Shown: positions 1-9,097, numbered from the stretch's first letter. The stretch: DNA of 64,000 bases from Candidatus Bathyarchaeia archaeon (GCA_049513715.1 JBEKVV010000006.1:1-64000), one strand, 5' to 3'. The notes: generated by a model not told the origin, from the letters alone. A program made the numbers and translations.

Positions 1-653
1 TGGCGTATGCGCGTGTCGTTGCGTCGCATATGCGATCGAATCTCACGGTACATAGCTTTAATTTCCGTTGCCTTTGCCAAATTCTGCTTCTTCATCTGTC
101 CATCTGAGTCTGCAATGGTCAGATTGTTGAGATTTCGGTCAATGGCAATTAGGCCGCGAGGTTGAATTGGTTCAACCTCCTTCGCGTAGGAGATGCTCAA
201 CTGTTCCTCCGTTAATGTGACGGAGCGGATTTCGATGTTCGGTTCAAGGAGAACGCGTAGCACATGCGCGTTCAACGGGATCGATAACGGTTGCTTAGGC
301 TTGAATGGCAGCAAGAGCGCCTCTTCCTTTGTTTTGATTTTGAAGCCATAGCATGTTATCAGCTGCGGTCGCTGTGCGTAAGGTTCCTTTATTTCCGGAT
401 TCTTCCTACTGGCTTTACGATAGTTTCCCAAGATACCGGTGGCCTTGCTGATTGCGCAGAGTTTGTAGTAGCTCATGGCATCGTAGGTTGCAAGTTGATT
501 GTAAGCTTTCATGGAGAGTGACTTGAGGCTGGTCACATTCTCCGCAAGCCCAATCCGTACGCAGTCGTTAAGCATTTGGCGGAACTGCTCAAGCATCTGG
601 AGAATCTCGGGCCCGGGCGTGTAGTGCTGTTGAACTGCTTTGACCGCCCGCAT
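1..653 (-). CDS. tnpB: TnpB/Cas12f-like RNA-guided nuclease of IS200/IS605-type element, N-terminal ~217 aa (runs off window start)
   Basis: Hand translation from ATG at 653: MRAVKAVQQHYTPGPEILQMLEQFRQMLNDCVRIG...YYKLCAISKATGILGNYRK...RGLIAIDRNLNNLTIADSDG...; the IAIDRN segment fits RuvC-I. Frame stays open to the window edge; not in the ORF track. Confidence 0.8.
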   Translation of the reverse strand, partial: MRAVKAVQQHYTPGPEILQMLEQFRQMLNDCVRIGLAENVTSLKSLSMKAYNQLATYDAMSYYKLCAISKATGILGNYRKASRKNPEIKEPYAQRPQLITCYGFKIKTKEEALLLPFKPKQPLSIPLNAHVLRVLLEPNIEIRSVTLTEEQLSISYAKEVEPIQPRGLIAIDRNLNNLTIADSDGQMKKQNLAKATEIKAMYREIRSHMRRNDTRIR

Positions 654-817
654 GACTTAGCCTCTACCTTCCGGTACTTTTAGGCAGGAGAGGTCAGTGA
701 AAGCAATGAGCCGACAAGTTAACAGAGGTAACAAACGCAATAGACCATTCGTTCATTTCCCTTTTATCTCCCCAAAGCCAGCCAACTGGAATTATTACCT
801 CATGGAAGGTTCGGCAA

Positions 818-1486
818 TTGGTCTTTTGTTTTCAGTGCGGAACGCAGCTTTCACCGAATGACCATGCCTGCCCTAAGTGCGGGGCAGTGATCCCGGTAGC
901 CTCATCAAATCCGACGCCCGGCGTTGACGAAGTCATCTCTGAAAACAAACCGGGACCAACCGTGCAAGTCAACTCTAGGATCCCCCTCGTCGAAGGCGAG
1001 GAACTACTTTGGCACCGGGGTTCCACGAAAGGGTTTCTGCACAAGGAGGTTGTGATGGAAGAGGGGGTCACCAACAAGCGTCTCGTGAAGTACGATGTGG
1101 AGAACAAGCGAATCATAGCCCAGTTGGGAATCAATCACCGGCCAGAGGTTGTGGTTATGAATATTCACCGTGTGAATGACTCATTGGGAGGCGGCGTCTT
1201 CCTTACACCCAGAATGTTCGGTCTTGGTGGCCTTGGCGGCTTTGGCGTCTACGGCGGCCCCAGGCGGGGTAACATCAAAGTCTTCGGCGATGTCTCCTTC
1301 ATGAACGAGGGAAAAGTGGTTCTAAGCTTTGAAAACGTCCAGGCGCCTCAAGGCTTGAGAATGCTAGTGGAATCGCTCAAGCGACAGTCTGGTTTCGCTG
1401 GCCCAGGAAACCGAAGGCCTTTGATGGCCAGGCGACCCTTCAGGGGCCAACCCCAAAACCCGCAAGCTAAGTCCAGTTCGCCATAG
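818..1486 (+). CDS. N-terminal zinc-ribbon domain hypothetical protein
   Basis: CFQCG...CPKCG at N-terminus, 222 aa, Gly-rich insert. Confidence 0.75.
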   Translation: MVFCFQCGTQLSPNDHACPKCGAVIPVASSNPTPGVDEVISENKPGPTVQVNSRIPLVEGEELLWHRGSTKGFLHKEVVMEEGVTNKRLVKYDVENKRIIAQLGINHRPEVVVMNIHRVNDSLGGGVFLTPRMFGLGGLGGFGVYGGPRRGNIKVFGDVSFMNEGKVVLSFENVQAPQGLRMLVESLKRQSGFAGPGNRRPLMARRPFRGQPQNPQAKSSSP

Positions 1487-1567
1487 GGAACACAAAGCTC
1501 CGAAGATCCAATGCAAGATGACATCCCGTCCCCAAAAACGGAAGCGTTAGCGCATGCTCTCCGTGTG

Positions 1568-1748
1568 TCCCACACCTGTGAGTGAGTATCCCACACCCTA
1601 ACAAGGGGATGGGTTTGAGACACTTATGAGAGGATGTCAGCCACCCTCACGAGGGGTGGGACTCCCCCAAGGCACACACACGAAAAGCTGCCAGAATTGA
1701 CGGTTCAATTTTGGATGCTCGCATTATTAGACCCGCACACACATGAAA
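1568..1748 (+). repeat. Dispersed repeat family A, long copy (hairpin modules plus ~60-bp unit)
   Basis: Aligns by eye over ~180 bp with 55069-55249, e.g. CACCCTCACGAGGGGTG, CCCCAAGGCACACACACGAAAAGC, GACGGTTCAATTTTGGATGCTCGCA. Confidence 0.9.
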
Positions 1749-1990
1749 CCATCGAGGACTACGATAAATCCGAGCTTCGTGTTCGCGATATGTTCAGACT
1801 TTGTCCATCAAGGCTCCGATTTTATCTTCGTCAAACTCTTGGTTAACGATCTTCGTGAGGCGCATATTCAATTGGGCGCCTTTATCGCCTAATAGAGTCC
1901 AATCCGATTCTCCCACAGCCCAACCCGCATCTAGGCTTAGATTCCATCAGGGTTCACGACCGTAGCTCACCATTGTATTCTTTCTGTGGT

Positions 1991-2025
1991 GTATAACATA
2001 TGCTAGACATGATTTCTCTGGGACG
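1991..2025 (-). repeat. Short dispersed repeat C, copy 1
   Basis: Reverse complement CGTCCCAGAGAAATCATGTCTAGCATATGTTATAC matches 9379-9413 CGTCCCATGAAAAATATGCCTAGCATATGTTATAC; partial match ATGATTTCTCTGGG at 5017-5030. Confidence 0.65.
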
Positions 2026-2165
2026 CCCTCGTTTTTGCTGGGGATGCGGCCTTCTGTGGTTGGTGATTATGGATTGTAGCTGCTTTGGCTTCACAAAGTC
2101 GTATTTGTGGTAGGGGCGCATTCAGACCGTTGTTAGTTTTGTATTGACTGTGTTTCCAGCAGCGT

Positions 2166-2360
2166 TCATTTGTTAGCTCCAGACTTTGCTATCTTTACGA
2201 GCAGTCTGCCTAAACGTTTGTGTCCCGCAGTCATATACCATTTCAACCACCATGCCGCGATAGTCTCAACAGCCGCCTTGTCTAAGGTTGCGAGGTCTTT
2301 TTCCGCTTCCTCCGCGGCAGCGTCCATCTTAGCTAGAACATCGGTTTTCTCTTCGCTCAT
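2166..2360 (-). CDS. Small hypothetical protein (64 aa)
   Basis: ATG start, helical protein-like composition, WWLKWYMTAGHKRLGR motif. Confidence 0.7.
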   Translation of the reverse strand: MSEEKTDVLAKMDAAAEEAEKDLATLDKAAVETIAAWWLKWYMTAGHKRLGRLLVKIAKSGANK

Positions 2361-2453
2361 AGCTATTCCCTGCCTAACGTAGCATCAGCGCAGCTTCTAG
2401 AGGTTTACTCAACTCGCATGCTAGCTGCTATATGCGTTAACCTCGATTCGATC

Positions 2454-2503
2454 TCAGAGATGGGGCAGGGGATTTCAGCCCCAATTTGCCCATACATCTA
2501 AGG
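2454..2503 (+). repeat. Dispersed motif B, copy 1
   Basis: TCAGAGATGGGGCAGGGGATTTCAGCCCCAATTTGCCCATACATCTAAGG. Confidence 0.75.
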
Positions 2504-2557
2504 CCAGACTTGCTTGCTGTTCTCTCTTCTCTTGAATTTTACAGTTCACTTTGCTTG

Positions 2558-2782
2558 ATGTCTGAGCCTGAGGTCACCTTGCGCCTTATTCGATTGAATC
2601 AGCCAAGGCAGCAATTGTGGTTCAAAATGGATTGCCCGTATTGCGGATTGATGCTGCTCGGTCAAGACGGGTTTCCTCTGTACCGTTGTGACAGCTGCAA
2701 CTGCTGGTTTGAACGGCAAATTGACGGACCAATCGTTCCACTGAAACTCGACGCATTCGTGAGAATTACGGGAGCGAAGTAA
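2558..2782 (+). CDS. Small zinc-ribbon (CPxCG-type) protein
   Basis: CPYCG...CDSC; start placed at ATG of MSEPEV within track ORF 2486..2782. Confidence 0.5.
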   Translation: MSEPEVTLRLIRLNQPRQQLWFKMDCPYCGLMLLGQDGFPLYRCDSCNCWFERQIDGPIVPLKLDAFVRITGAK

Positions 2783-2792
2783 CCGAAATGAA

Positions 2793-3104
2793 GTTGAGGA
2801 CAAGTCGACGCAATGCCCCAAGTGCCAGAAACAGTTGATTTGGCTGAGTCACAGTACACGCTGGGAGAAAATCCCAATTCACGAATTCAACTTCTCTTGG
2901 GGATCGTGCAACCGCAAATATCAATTCAAAGACAACCAACTCACCGAAAAACAACCTCAACGAAACCTAGCAGCTGAAACAACCGGAATCCACAACGCCC
3001 AACTCAAACATGCGGTTAGTCGGCGCTGTTCACAATGCGGCGGACCCATCATGAACGGATCCGGGTTGCTCACTTTGAGGTGTGAATGGTGTCACCAAGA
3101 ATAG
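2793..3104 (+). pseudogene. Degenerate tandem zinc-ribbon micro-ORF(s)
   Basis: Frame of track ORF 2835..3104 extends upstream through QCPKCQ with no canonical start; WGSC sits where a CxxC is expected; second pair CSQCG...CEWC at the C-terminus. Confidence 0.35.
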
Positions 3105-3252
3105 ACTTCGATCATAACCATTGCCGCCTTCCCAACTACAGCCACTTGGACAGACAGAGGTTGAAGTCCACCCTGTACCGAAATACGATAATGGGATACA
3201 AAACTACCCTACTGCCCCCCACCCCACGCCTAACAATAATAGAAAGGAAAAT

Positions 3253-3300
3253 TGGTGCGGGGAGGGGATTTTGGCTCCAATTTACCGGTCCATATAGGCG
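3253..3300 (+). repeat. Dispersed motif B, copy 2 (tRNA 3'-end-like on minus strand)
   Basis: TGGTGCGGGGAGGGGATTTTGGCTCCAATTTACCGGTCCATATAGGCG. Confidence 0.8.
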
Positions 3301-3461
3301 CTCAAGGTTGCGCAGAAGATGTCCGTTCAATGAAGGAAGATCCGAGGGGGATTCTGTATCTCTGAAACCTATTGCCGGTTTGTTTCGTCCTGCTGCCTAA
3401 GGCTTAATGTCTGCCACTGATGTCGCCATCAAGAGTTTCAACTTTGTAATCCCTTTTTAGT

Positions 3462-4097
3462 TCAGTCAAAGCGGTTTTTCTTTGCGTGCCAGAGATACAA
3501 TGATGCGATGGAGCAGTAGGGATGCCAATTGGTCGCAATCTCCTCAATCTTTTCAGCCTTGGGAAGTTTACGTAAGGAATAGACCTTTTGAATTGCCAAT
3601 TGGATTCCGAGGTCATCGGCGGGAAGAACATCTGGTCGCCCCAGCACGAAGAGGAGAAACATTTGCGCTGTCCATGGACCTATACCTTTTACTTCGTCGA
3701 GTATCCGAATTACTTCATCATCGGACTTCCTCCTGAGAGGGTTAAGATCCAATTGACCGTTAACGACCCGTGAACTCAGGTCTTTGAGGTAGCGGATCTT
3801 TTGTGGGGAAACGCCTGCTTTCCTCAGTTTCGAAGCAGTAAGGTTGTTTAGTGCTTGTGCGTCGATAACTTCAGTTTGGAGCAGAGCCTTTAGTTTGCCA
3901 AAGATTGCCCGCGCGGATTGCCCACTTAACTGTTGGGAAATTATTGCTTCGACCAGTGACTCGAACGGATCACCATCGACTGTGAACTTAATCGGTCCAT
4001 GTTTCTTTACCAGTTCACGAATCTTAGGATCGACGCGGGAGATGTGTCTCGCGCCTAATTGAAATGTCTGCGGCTTGCTAATGTTAGGGAAGGTCAT
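3462..4097 (-). CDS. alkA: DNA-3-methyladenine glycosylase II (HhH-GPD family)
   Basis: DPFESLVEAIISQQLS, VKGIGPWTAQMFL, DVLPADDLG motifs. Confidence 0.9.
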   Translation of the reverse strand: MTFPNISKPQTFQLGARHISRVDPKIRELVKKHGPIKFTVDGDPFESLVEAIISQQLSGQSARAIFGKLKALLQTEVIDAQALNNLTASKLRKAGVSPQKIRYLKDLSSRVVNGQLDLNPLRRKSDDEVIRILDEVKGIGPWTAQMFLLFVLGRPDVLPADDLGIQLAIQKVYSLRKLPKAEKIEEIATNWHPYCSIASLYLWHAKKNRFD

Positions 4098-4216
4098 AGG
4101 CGACTCTCAGCAGTTTCCAAACTTCAGACAAAAGAATTCAATGAAAACAGTATCCTGCGATGTGGCATGAGTGGCCTGACAACACAAGCGTGCCCGTGGA
4201 CACCGGGCTCGTATCA

Positions 4217-4247
4217 TGTGTGTGCGCACCACTAGATCACACACACC
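4217..4247 (+). repeat. Family A short palindromic copy
   Basis: TGTGTGTGCGCACCACTAGATCACACACACC; nearly identical to the reverse complement of 57188-57217. Confidence 0.8.
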
Positions 4248-4299
4248 ACCGGATTATGTGACTGAGAGGAACAGATTGAATGCGATGCTTCACTATTCA

Positions 4300-4794
4300 C
4301 TATTTTTCCAATCTGTATAGTGCATAAACCGCTGCAGTCATCCCTAAGAAAAAGTATAACACTGCTATTTCTATTGGCAAAGTTCCACCTATCATGTAAA
4401 ACGGCGAATGATAATAACTCCACAATCGATTTCCAGTTCCATAAAGCTCCCACACGATATCTGCCACGAAACCAATAGCACCAAGTTCTAAGATTACAGG
4501 ATTTCTAAGTTTAACAAGTCCAGCTATTCCGATGACCCCAAACAGAACCATCAGAATTGTACTCGTCCAGACATTTCTGCCTAATTGACTTGCTAGAAAA
4601 GTGGAAAAAATAATGACCAAGATCACAATTGAAACCACTGGGACACTATGTTTGAAGGCATCGGCTTTTCCGCCAGAGATAGTCCACTCAATAACGTGCT
4701 GAACCTGATTTCGTTTTCCCATTATACATTTCTCCTCAGTTGGTGGGATAGTAATTTCCTGCACCACATTCATGTCATATAAGAATGACATCAA
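4300..4794 (-). CDS. Hypothetical membrane protein, probably chimeric N-terminus
   Basis: About 4 hydrophobic segments in the C-terminal two thirds; start uncertain. Confidence 0.55.
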   Translation of the reverse strand: MMSFLYDMNVVQEITIPPTEEKCIMGKRNQVQHVIEWTISGGKADAFKHSVPVVSIVILVIIFSTFLASQLGRNVWTSTILMVLFGVIGIAGLVKLRNPVILELGAIGFVADIVWELYGTGNRLWSYYHSPFYMIGGTLPIEIAVLYFFLGMTAAVYALYRLEK

Positions 4795-4840
4795 TCACTA
4801 TTGTGAACTAGTGGCGTCTTATCGTCGTTTGAGCGGGACT

Positions 4841-4945
4841 TGTTCCTGTGTGTGTGGGGGTCTACTGGTGTGAGCGGTGGAATTTGAACCGTCATTTTGA
4901 GTGTGTGTGGCAGTGACGGTGCGGACAACGAAATTTGAACTGACG
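4841..4945 (-). repeat. Family A, two degenerate units in inverted orientation
   Basis: Reverse complement ...GTTCAAATTTCGTTGTCCGCACC...CCACACACACTCAAAATGACGGTTCAAATTCCACCGCTCACACCAGTAGACCCCCACACACACAGGAA. Confidence 0.75.
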
Positions 4946-4963
4946 TTGCTCGTTGCATTGCTA

Positions 4964-5009
4964 GCTTATATGAACCGGTAAATTGGTGCTGAAATCCCCT
5001 CCCCCGCAC
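4964..5009 (-). repeat. Dispersed motif B, copy 3 (inverted)
   Basis: Plus strand GCTTATATGAACCGGTAAATTGGTGCTGAAATCCCCTCCCCCGCAC. Confidence 0.8.
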
Positions 5010-5069
5010 GAGTTAGATGATTTCTCTGGGTCCCAAGGATTCACCTAGGTGGGTTCCAGTTCCGGCGGC

Positions 5070-5100
5070 CGCACCACTAGACCCACACACACGAAAACGT
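5070..5100 (+). repeat. Family A short copy
   Basis: CGCACCACTAGACCCACACACACGAAAACG; core identical to 55223-55245. Confidence 0.85.
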
Positions 5101-5149
5101 TTGACAAAAAACTGAGATTTCCCGTCATTACCGGTCCTAGGCTGTGTGC

Positions 5150-5302
5150 CTAGTATCTTCGGTGCTTCTGGAAGCAGTCTCTACAGTAGACCGGTTTACC
5201 CGATGTTGGCACAAACGGTACTTCTGTATCTGCGCCGCAGTCGGAGCATTTGACTTTCGTCATTTGCCTCGGGGCACCAGAGCGTCTATTCTCATATCCC
5301 AT
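5150..5302 (-). CDS. CxxC-x17-CxxC domain small protein (50 aa)
   Basis: Hand translation MGYENRRSGAPRQMTKVKCSDCGADTEVPFVPTSGKPVYCRDCFQKHRRY; below the ORF-track size cutoff. Confidence 0.9.
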   Translation of the reverse strand: MGYENRRSGAPRQMTKVKCSDCGADTEVPFVPTSGKPVYCRDCFQKHRRY

Positions 5303-5652
5303 TTCGTTTTCCACCGTCCCAATTTTCTAGTTATACGAAAGATAGTACTCGCCGCGATAATCGGTACGAGCTTGACGGCTCTCCCATCATCCACGCAGGT
5401 AAGATCTCCAGTATACTGCCTGCGCAATAGGCAAGACCACCATAAAAACTGATTCCGTGCTCATACCTTGTGACAATTGAAGATGGAAGATCAGAAGAAA
5501 AGCAAACGTGCCTCACTTCCTGGTTCGACATAGGATCGCTACTGCGTTTTCTTAGAGGTGGGTATGGTTCTTTGACGAAGTCTCAACGAAGTAAGAAAGG
5601 AAGGATTAAATGCGTATATGACAGCACGCCCGCAATTCGGTTGTAATCTAGC

Positions 5653-5979
5653 ATGCAGTTCTGCCCGAAATGTAGTCTGGCGCTCATTCCAATTAAGAAG
5701 GAAAAGATTGTTGTGCTAGCATGCCCCAAGTGCGGAGAAGAAACTAGACGGTCGGATCCGATAGTACAGAAACTCGAAACGGCCAAGGAATCCGTCGTGG
5801 TAATCGGTAAGGAAGATGAGAAGAACCTACAGATCCTCCCGAAAATGAAAGTTAGCTGCCAAAAATGTGGGCATGGAGAAGCCTTCTATTGGACGGTACA
5901 AACTCGCGGTGGCGATGAAGCCTCGACCCAGTTCTTCAGATGTACGAAATGCAGCCGAACATGGCGAGAGTACTCATGA
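5653..5979 (+). CDS. tfs: Transcription factor S (TFS / RpoM-like)
   Basis: MQFCPKC...CPKC N-terminal ribbon; C-terminal CQKC...QTRGGDE..TQFFRCTKC with the acidic DE pair retained. Confidence 0.92.
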   Translation: MQFCPKCSLALIPIKKEKIVVLACPKCGEETRRSDPIVQKLETAKESVVVIGKEDEKNLQILPKMKVSCQKCGHGEAFYWTVQTRGGDEASTQFFRCTKCSRTWREYS

Positions 5980-6383
5980 AATGACAACTTGAAACGGAGC
6001 CTTCGCACCTGTGGTCTGGTGCGGGTTTTTTTGTCCGAGTGATAATTGGCGAAAAAAAACCAATTCAGGTGACGATCGGCCTCTACTGTTTCAGGGATGA
6101 CTCAGGGGCTTTTGACTGGAAGCGTTTGGAGGGCAATTGATACGCTCGAACTTCTTTCTCAATGACGAAAGCGAACTGAATTGGAAACTGTTTCTGTGTG
6201 CGAACACAGCGAAGCCTAGACTTAGCAGGGGGCCCGAATAACAACCGATCTTGTAGTTCGAGAATACGTAGCCGCTGATTAGAGTGCTACTGAATGCCTC
6301 CCGCAACTGAGATGGTTACCGTCACGAAGACTTTCAAGGTGGACCTCTCTGACATAGGTTAATCTGAAAAAAGTGAAAACGAA

Positions 6384-7367
6384 ATGGCTGAGGACCTCAT
6401 TATCGAGACGAAAGGGCTTCGAAAAACATTCATTTCCAAAACGAGAAACGGCAAGAAAGAATTGGAAGCGGTCGGGGGCGTAGATCTTGCTGTCAAAAAG
6501 GGTGAAATCTTCGGTTTTCTCGGCCCCAACGGCGCTGGAAAATCAACAACACAGAGGATGCTGTCAACATTGCTACCCCCCACCGGCGGAGAAGCAAAGA
6601 TACTCGGCTATGACTTGGCAAAACAACAGGAACAGATAAGACAAAACATTGGATACGTTGGTCAGACAGGCGGAACTGATCCCGCCGCCACCGGGTTCGA
6701 GAATCTCATATTACAAGCGCAACTCTACGGTCTGGATATTCATACCGCAGGAAAATACGCCCGAGAATTCGTCGAGCGCTTTCAAATGGGATCATTCATC
6801 GAAAGACAGGCTTCGACCTATTCGGGCGGTCAAAAGCGCAGACTGGACGTTGCCCTTGGAATGATTCACCACCCAAAGTTGCTCCTCCTTGACGAACCAA
6901 CGTCCGGGCTTGACCCACAAAGCAGGGCCTATTTGTGGGACGAGCTCAAGAAGCTGAAAGCAGAAGGGATCACCATATTCCTGTCCACCCACAATATGGA
7001 CGAGGCGGACAAGTTGTGCGATACTATGGCGATAATAGACAACGGCAAAATCATAGTCAAGGGAACGCCAACTGAGTTAAAAAGCGCCATTGGCGCTGAC
7101 ACTGTAGTTTTTGGTTTTCACGACGGAAAGACTGCCAGCAGCGCGGAAAACTTGCTGGCAGAGAAAATCCGCGCAGAAAGAATCCAAACCACCAACAACC
7201 TCGTCCACCTGTCCATCAAAGATGGAGAAAGAAGGATGCCGGAACTGCTTAGGTTGCTCGACTCAAACAACTTGGAGGCACAAAACATTACGCTTTCTAG
7301 GCCGAGTCTCGACGATGTTTTCCTGAAGTATACGGGCCGCTCGCTCAGGGAGGACGATAACCAATGA
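6384..7367 (+). CDS. ABC transporter ATP-binding protein, DrrA-like
   Basis: GPNGAGKST Walker A, YSGGQ signature, LLLDEPT Walker B. Confidence 0.93.
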   Translation: MAEDLIIETKGLRKTFISKTRNGKKELEAVGGVDLAVKKGEIFGFLGPNGAGKSTTQRMLSTLLPPTGGEAKILGYDLAKQQEQIRQNIGYVGQTGGTDPAATGFENLILQAQLYGLDIHTAGKYAREFVERFQMGSFIERQASTYSGGQKRRLDVALGMIHHPKLLLLDEPTSGLDPQSRAYLWDELKKLKAEGITIFLSTHNMDEADKLCDTMAIIDNGKIIVKGTPTELKSAIGADTVVFGFHDGKTASSAENLLAEKIRAERIQTTNNLVHLSIKDGERRMPELLRLLDSNNLEAQNITLSRPSLDDVFLKYTGRSLREDDNQ

Positions 7368-8125
7368 GAATCCTACGCGATACGAAACTGATGTTCGTAA
7401 GAAACATGCAGCATACGCTCAGGAATCCGATTTTCATTTTGGTAAGCATGTTCCAACCGCTGCTGTATCTCTTTCTGTTCATGCCGCTGCTTGAAAACCT
7501 TGGAGGCGTGCCTGGTTTGCCCGTTGGAAAAACGGTGGAGACTTTCATACCGGGGCTTTTGGTAATGCTTGCGCTTTTCGGCTCTGCGTTTGTGGGATTC
7601 ACCCTCATCGATGAGCTCCGCACTGGAGTGATAGAAAGGTTCTTGGTCACTCCTGTCACACGATCCTCAATCCTGCTGGGCAGAGTTCTGAGGGATGCTT
7701 TCGTGCTCGTTACGCAATGCGTTCTAATCACATTTGTCGCGATTCCTTTCGGACTAAGCGTTAACGTTGTAGGATTCTTGCTCTCTCTGATTTTATATGG
7801 CCTGATCGGAATCACCATGGCTTCAATGTCGTACTCATTCGCGCTCATCTACAAGAGCGAGGACAATCTCGCTCCCACTCTGAACACCATAACTTTACCA
7901 ATTTCCCTTTTGTCAGGCATAATTCTTCCCCTTGTACTCGCCCCCATTTGGCTCCAAGATGTAGCTATGATTAATCCATTCTCTTATGCTGTAAACGCCT
8001 CCCGCGCATTATTCGCCGGAAATTTCTATAGTGTCGACATAATAGAAGGATTCGGCATCATTACTTTGCTCGCGATCGTCATGTTCTTGTGGTCACTAAG
8101 ATCGCTCAAGAAAATTGAGTCCTAA
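7364..8125 (+). CDS. ABC-2 type permease, DrrB-like
   Basis: Six hydrophobic segments, GVIERFLVTP, NPFSYAV; ATGA overlap with the ATPase. Confidence 0.92.
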   Translation: MRILRDTKLMFVRNMQHTLRNPIFILVSMFQPLLYLFLFMPLLENLGGVPGLPVGKTVETFIPGLLVMLALFGSAFVGFTLIDELRTGVIERFLVTPVTRSSILLGRVLRDAFVLVTQCVLITFVAIPFGLSVNVVGFLLSLILYGLIGITMASMSYSFALIYKSEDNLAPTLNTITLPISLLSGIILPLVLAPIWLQDVAMINPFSYAVNASRALFAGNFYSVDIIEGFGIITLLAIVMFLWSLRSLKKIES

Positions 8126-8212
8126 CTGGAAAAAACGTTGCTGCTTGCTTTGTCTTGGTACTGTGCCAAGTATATCCAACATCGTGACCTGTATCCTTCA
8201 GCGTTCTGGCGT

Positions 8213-8262
8213 TCAGAGGTGGGTCAGGGGATTTTGGCCCCAATTTACCGGTACATAAAAGC
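8213..8262 (+). repeat. Dispersed motif B, copy 4
   Basis: TCAGAGGTGGGTCAGGGGATTTTGGCCCCAATTTACCGGTACATAAAAGC. Confidence 0.8.
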
Positions 8263-8449
8263 TGCCCATGGGATCAAGAGAACCGAGCCTGCTCTTGGAA
8301 AGACTGAGGGAAAATCCTCACCAAAGACGACAAACCGAAGATAGAGCGAGAACGGACTCGGAGAATAAAACCTGCGAGAATCGTAGTTCTTTCGTCTGGC
8401 AAAATTGAAAGTTTAATATACTAAAATTGGAGCTATTGGGGCGATTGTT

Positions 8450-8776
8450 ATGTCGTATCTTGTGACTGGAGAATTCATCGAGAACTCTGTCCCTCCTGAA
8501 GCATTTCCACAGGTCTGGGAAACAGTAATTCGCCCGAGCCTTGAATCGCTGGCCAAAATGGGGGACGATAAGAAACTTACCGGCGGCATCTTCGCTGGTC
8601 AACGAGCAGGCGCGTTCGTAATTGAGGTTCAATCAAACGAAGAACTCGACACCACGCTAGGCAGTCTTCCCTTCTGGGGGTTGATTAAGTGGAATGTGAC
8701 ACCACTGCAAACGATTCGCGGTGCGATCGAACGAGACCGAAAAGCAGTGGAACGCATGAAAGCCTCCAAACGTTGA
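8450..8776 (+). CDS. Muconolactone isomerase-like / DUF3303-type dimeric alpha-beta barrel protein
   Basis: GGIFAGQRAGAFVIEVQSNEELDTTLGSLPFWGLIKWNVTPL pattern. Confidence 0.65.
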   Translation: MSYLVTGEFIENSVPPEAFPQVWETVIRPSLESLAKMGDDKKLTGGIFAGQRAGAFVIEVQSNEELDTTLGSLPFWGLIKWNVTPLQTIRGAIERDRKAVERMKASKR

Positions 8777-9013
8777 ACGCAACCTACGAGCAAATTACAT
8801 TGATTGTTCGATAGGGGTCGGGCCCACTCAAAACCTACTATTAACTTCGGTACTTGTGCGGTTTGGAACGTTGGCTTTGATTCAGCTCCAATTCAACCAC
8901 TTTTGGGGGTTGGGAACCACTGGGTGGAATAGTGGAACTTGCGCCACTCTCCCTTAAGTATAACTTGGGCCCCTGTAAGGTTAGGAAAGATATCCGTAGA
9001 GGTGAAATGAAAA

Positions 9014-9097
9014 ATGGCAACAAAACGCAAGGTCAAGATGCGAGTTAACGCAGACGCTCCAAGATCCGAGAAGGGCAGCAGCGAATACGTAGCATAA
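9014..9097 (+). CDS. Candidate 27-aa small peptide
   Basis: GAGGTGA Shine-Dalgarno ~8 nt before ATG; MATKRKVKMRVNADAPRSEKGSSEYVA; TTAAGTATAA upstream and T-tracts downstream. Confidence 0.5.
   Translation: MATKRKVKMRVNADAPRSEKGSSEYVA

Noticed and set aside
291..521. Plus-strand 76-aa ORF and the many other short antisense or overlapping ORFs in the track
   Set aside because: Shadows of longer motif-bearing genes (here tnpB on the minus strand).
1568..1748. Family A as a CRISPR array
   Set aside because: Units are degenerate, only 1-3 per locus, and the intervening sequences are shared between loci rather than being unique spacers.
1634..1846. 70-aa ORF in the track
   Set aside because: Lies largely within repeat A and has no counterpart ORF at the homologous copy in the track.
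4964..5009. Intact tRNA gene
   Set aside because: Only a 3'-terminal-like 18 nt is present; no GTTC T-loop start, anticodon arm or 5' acceptor strand.
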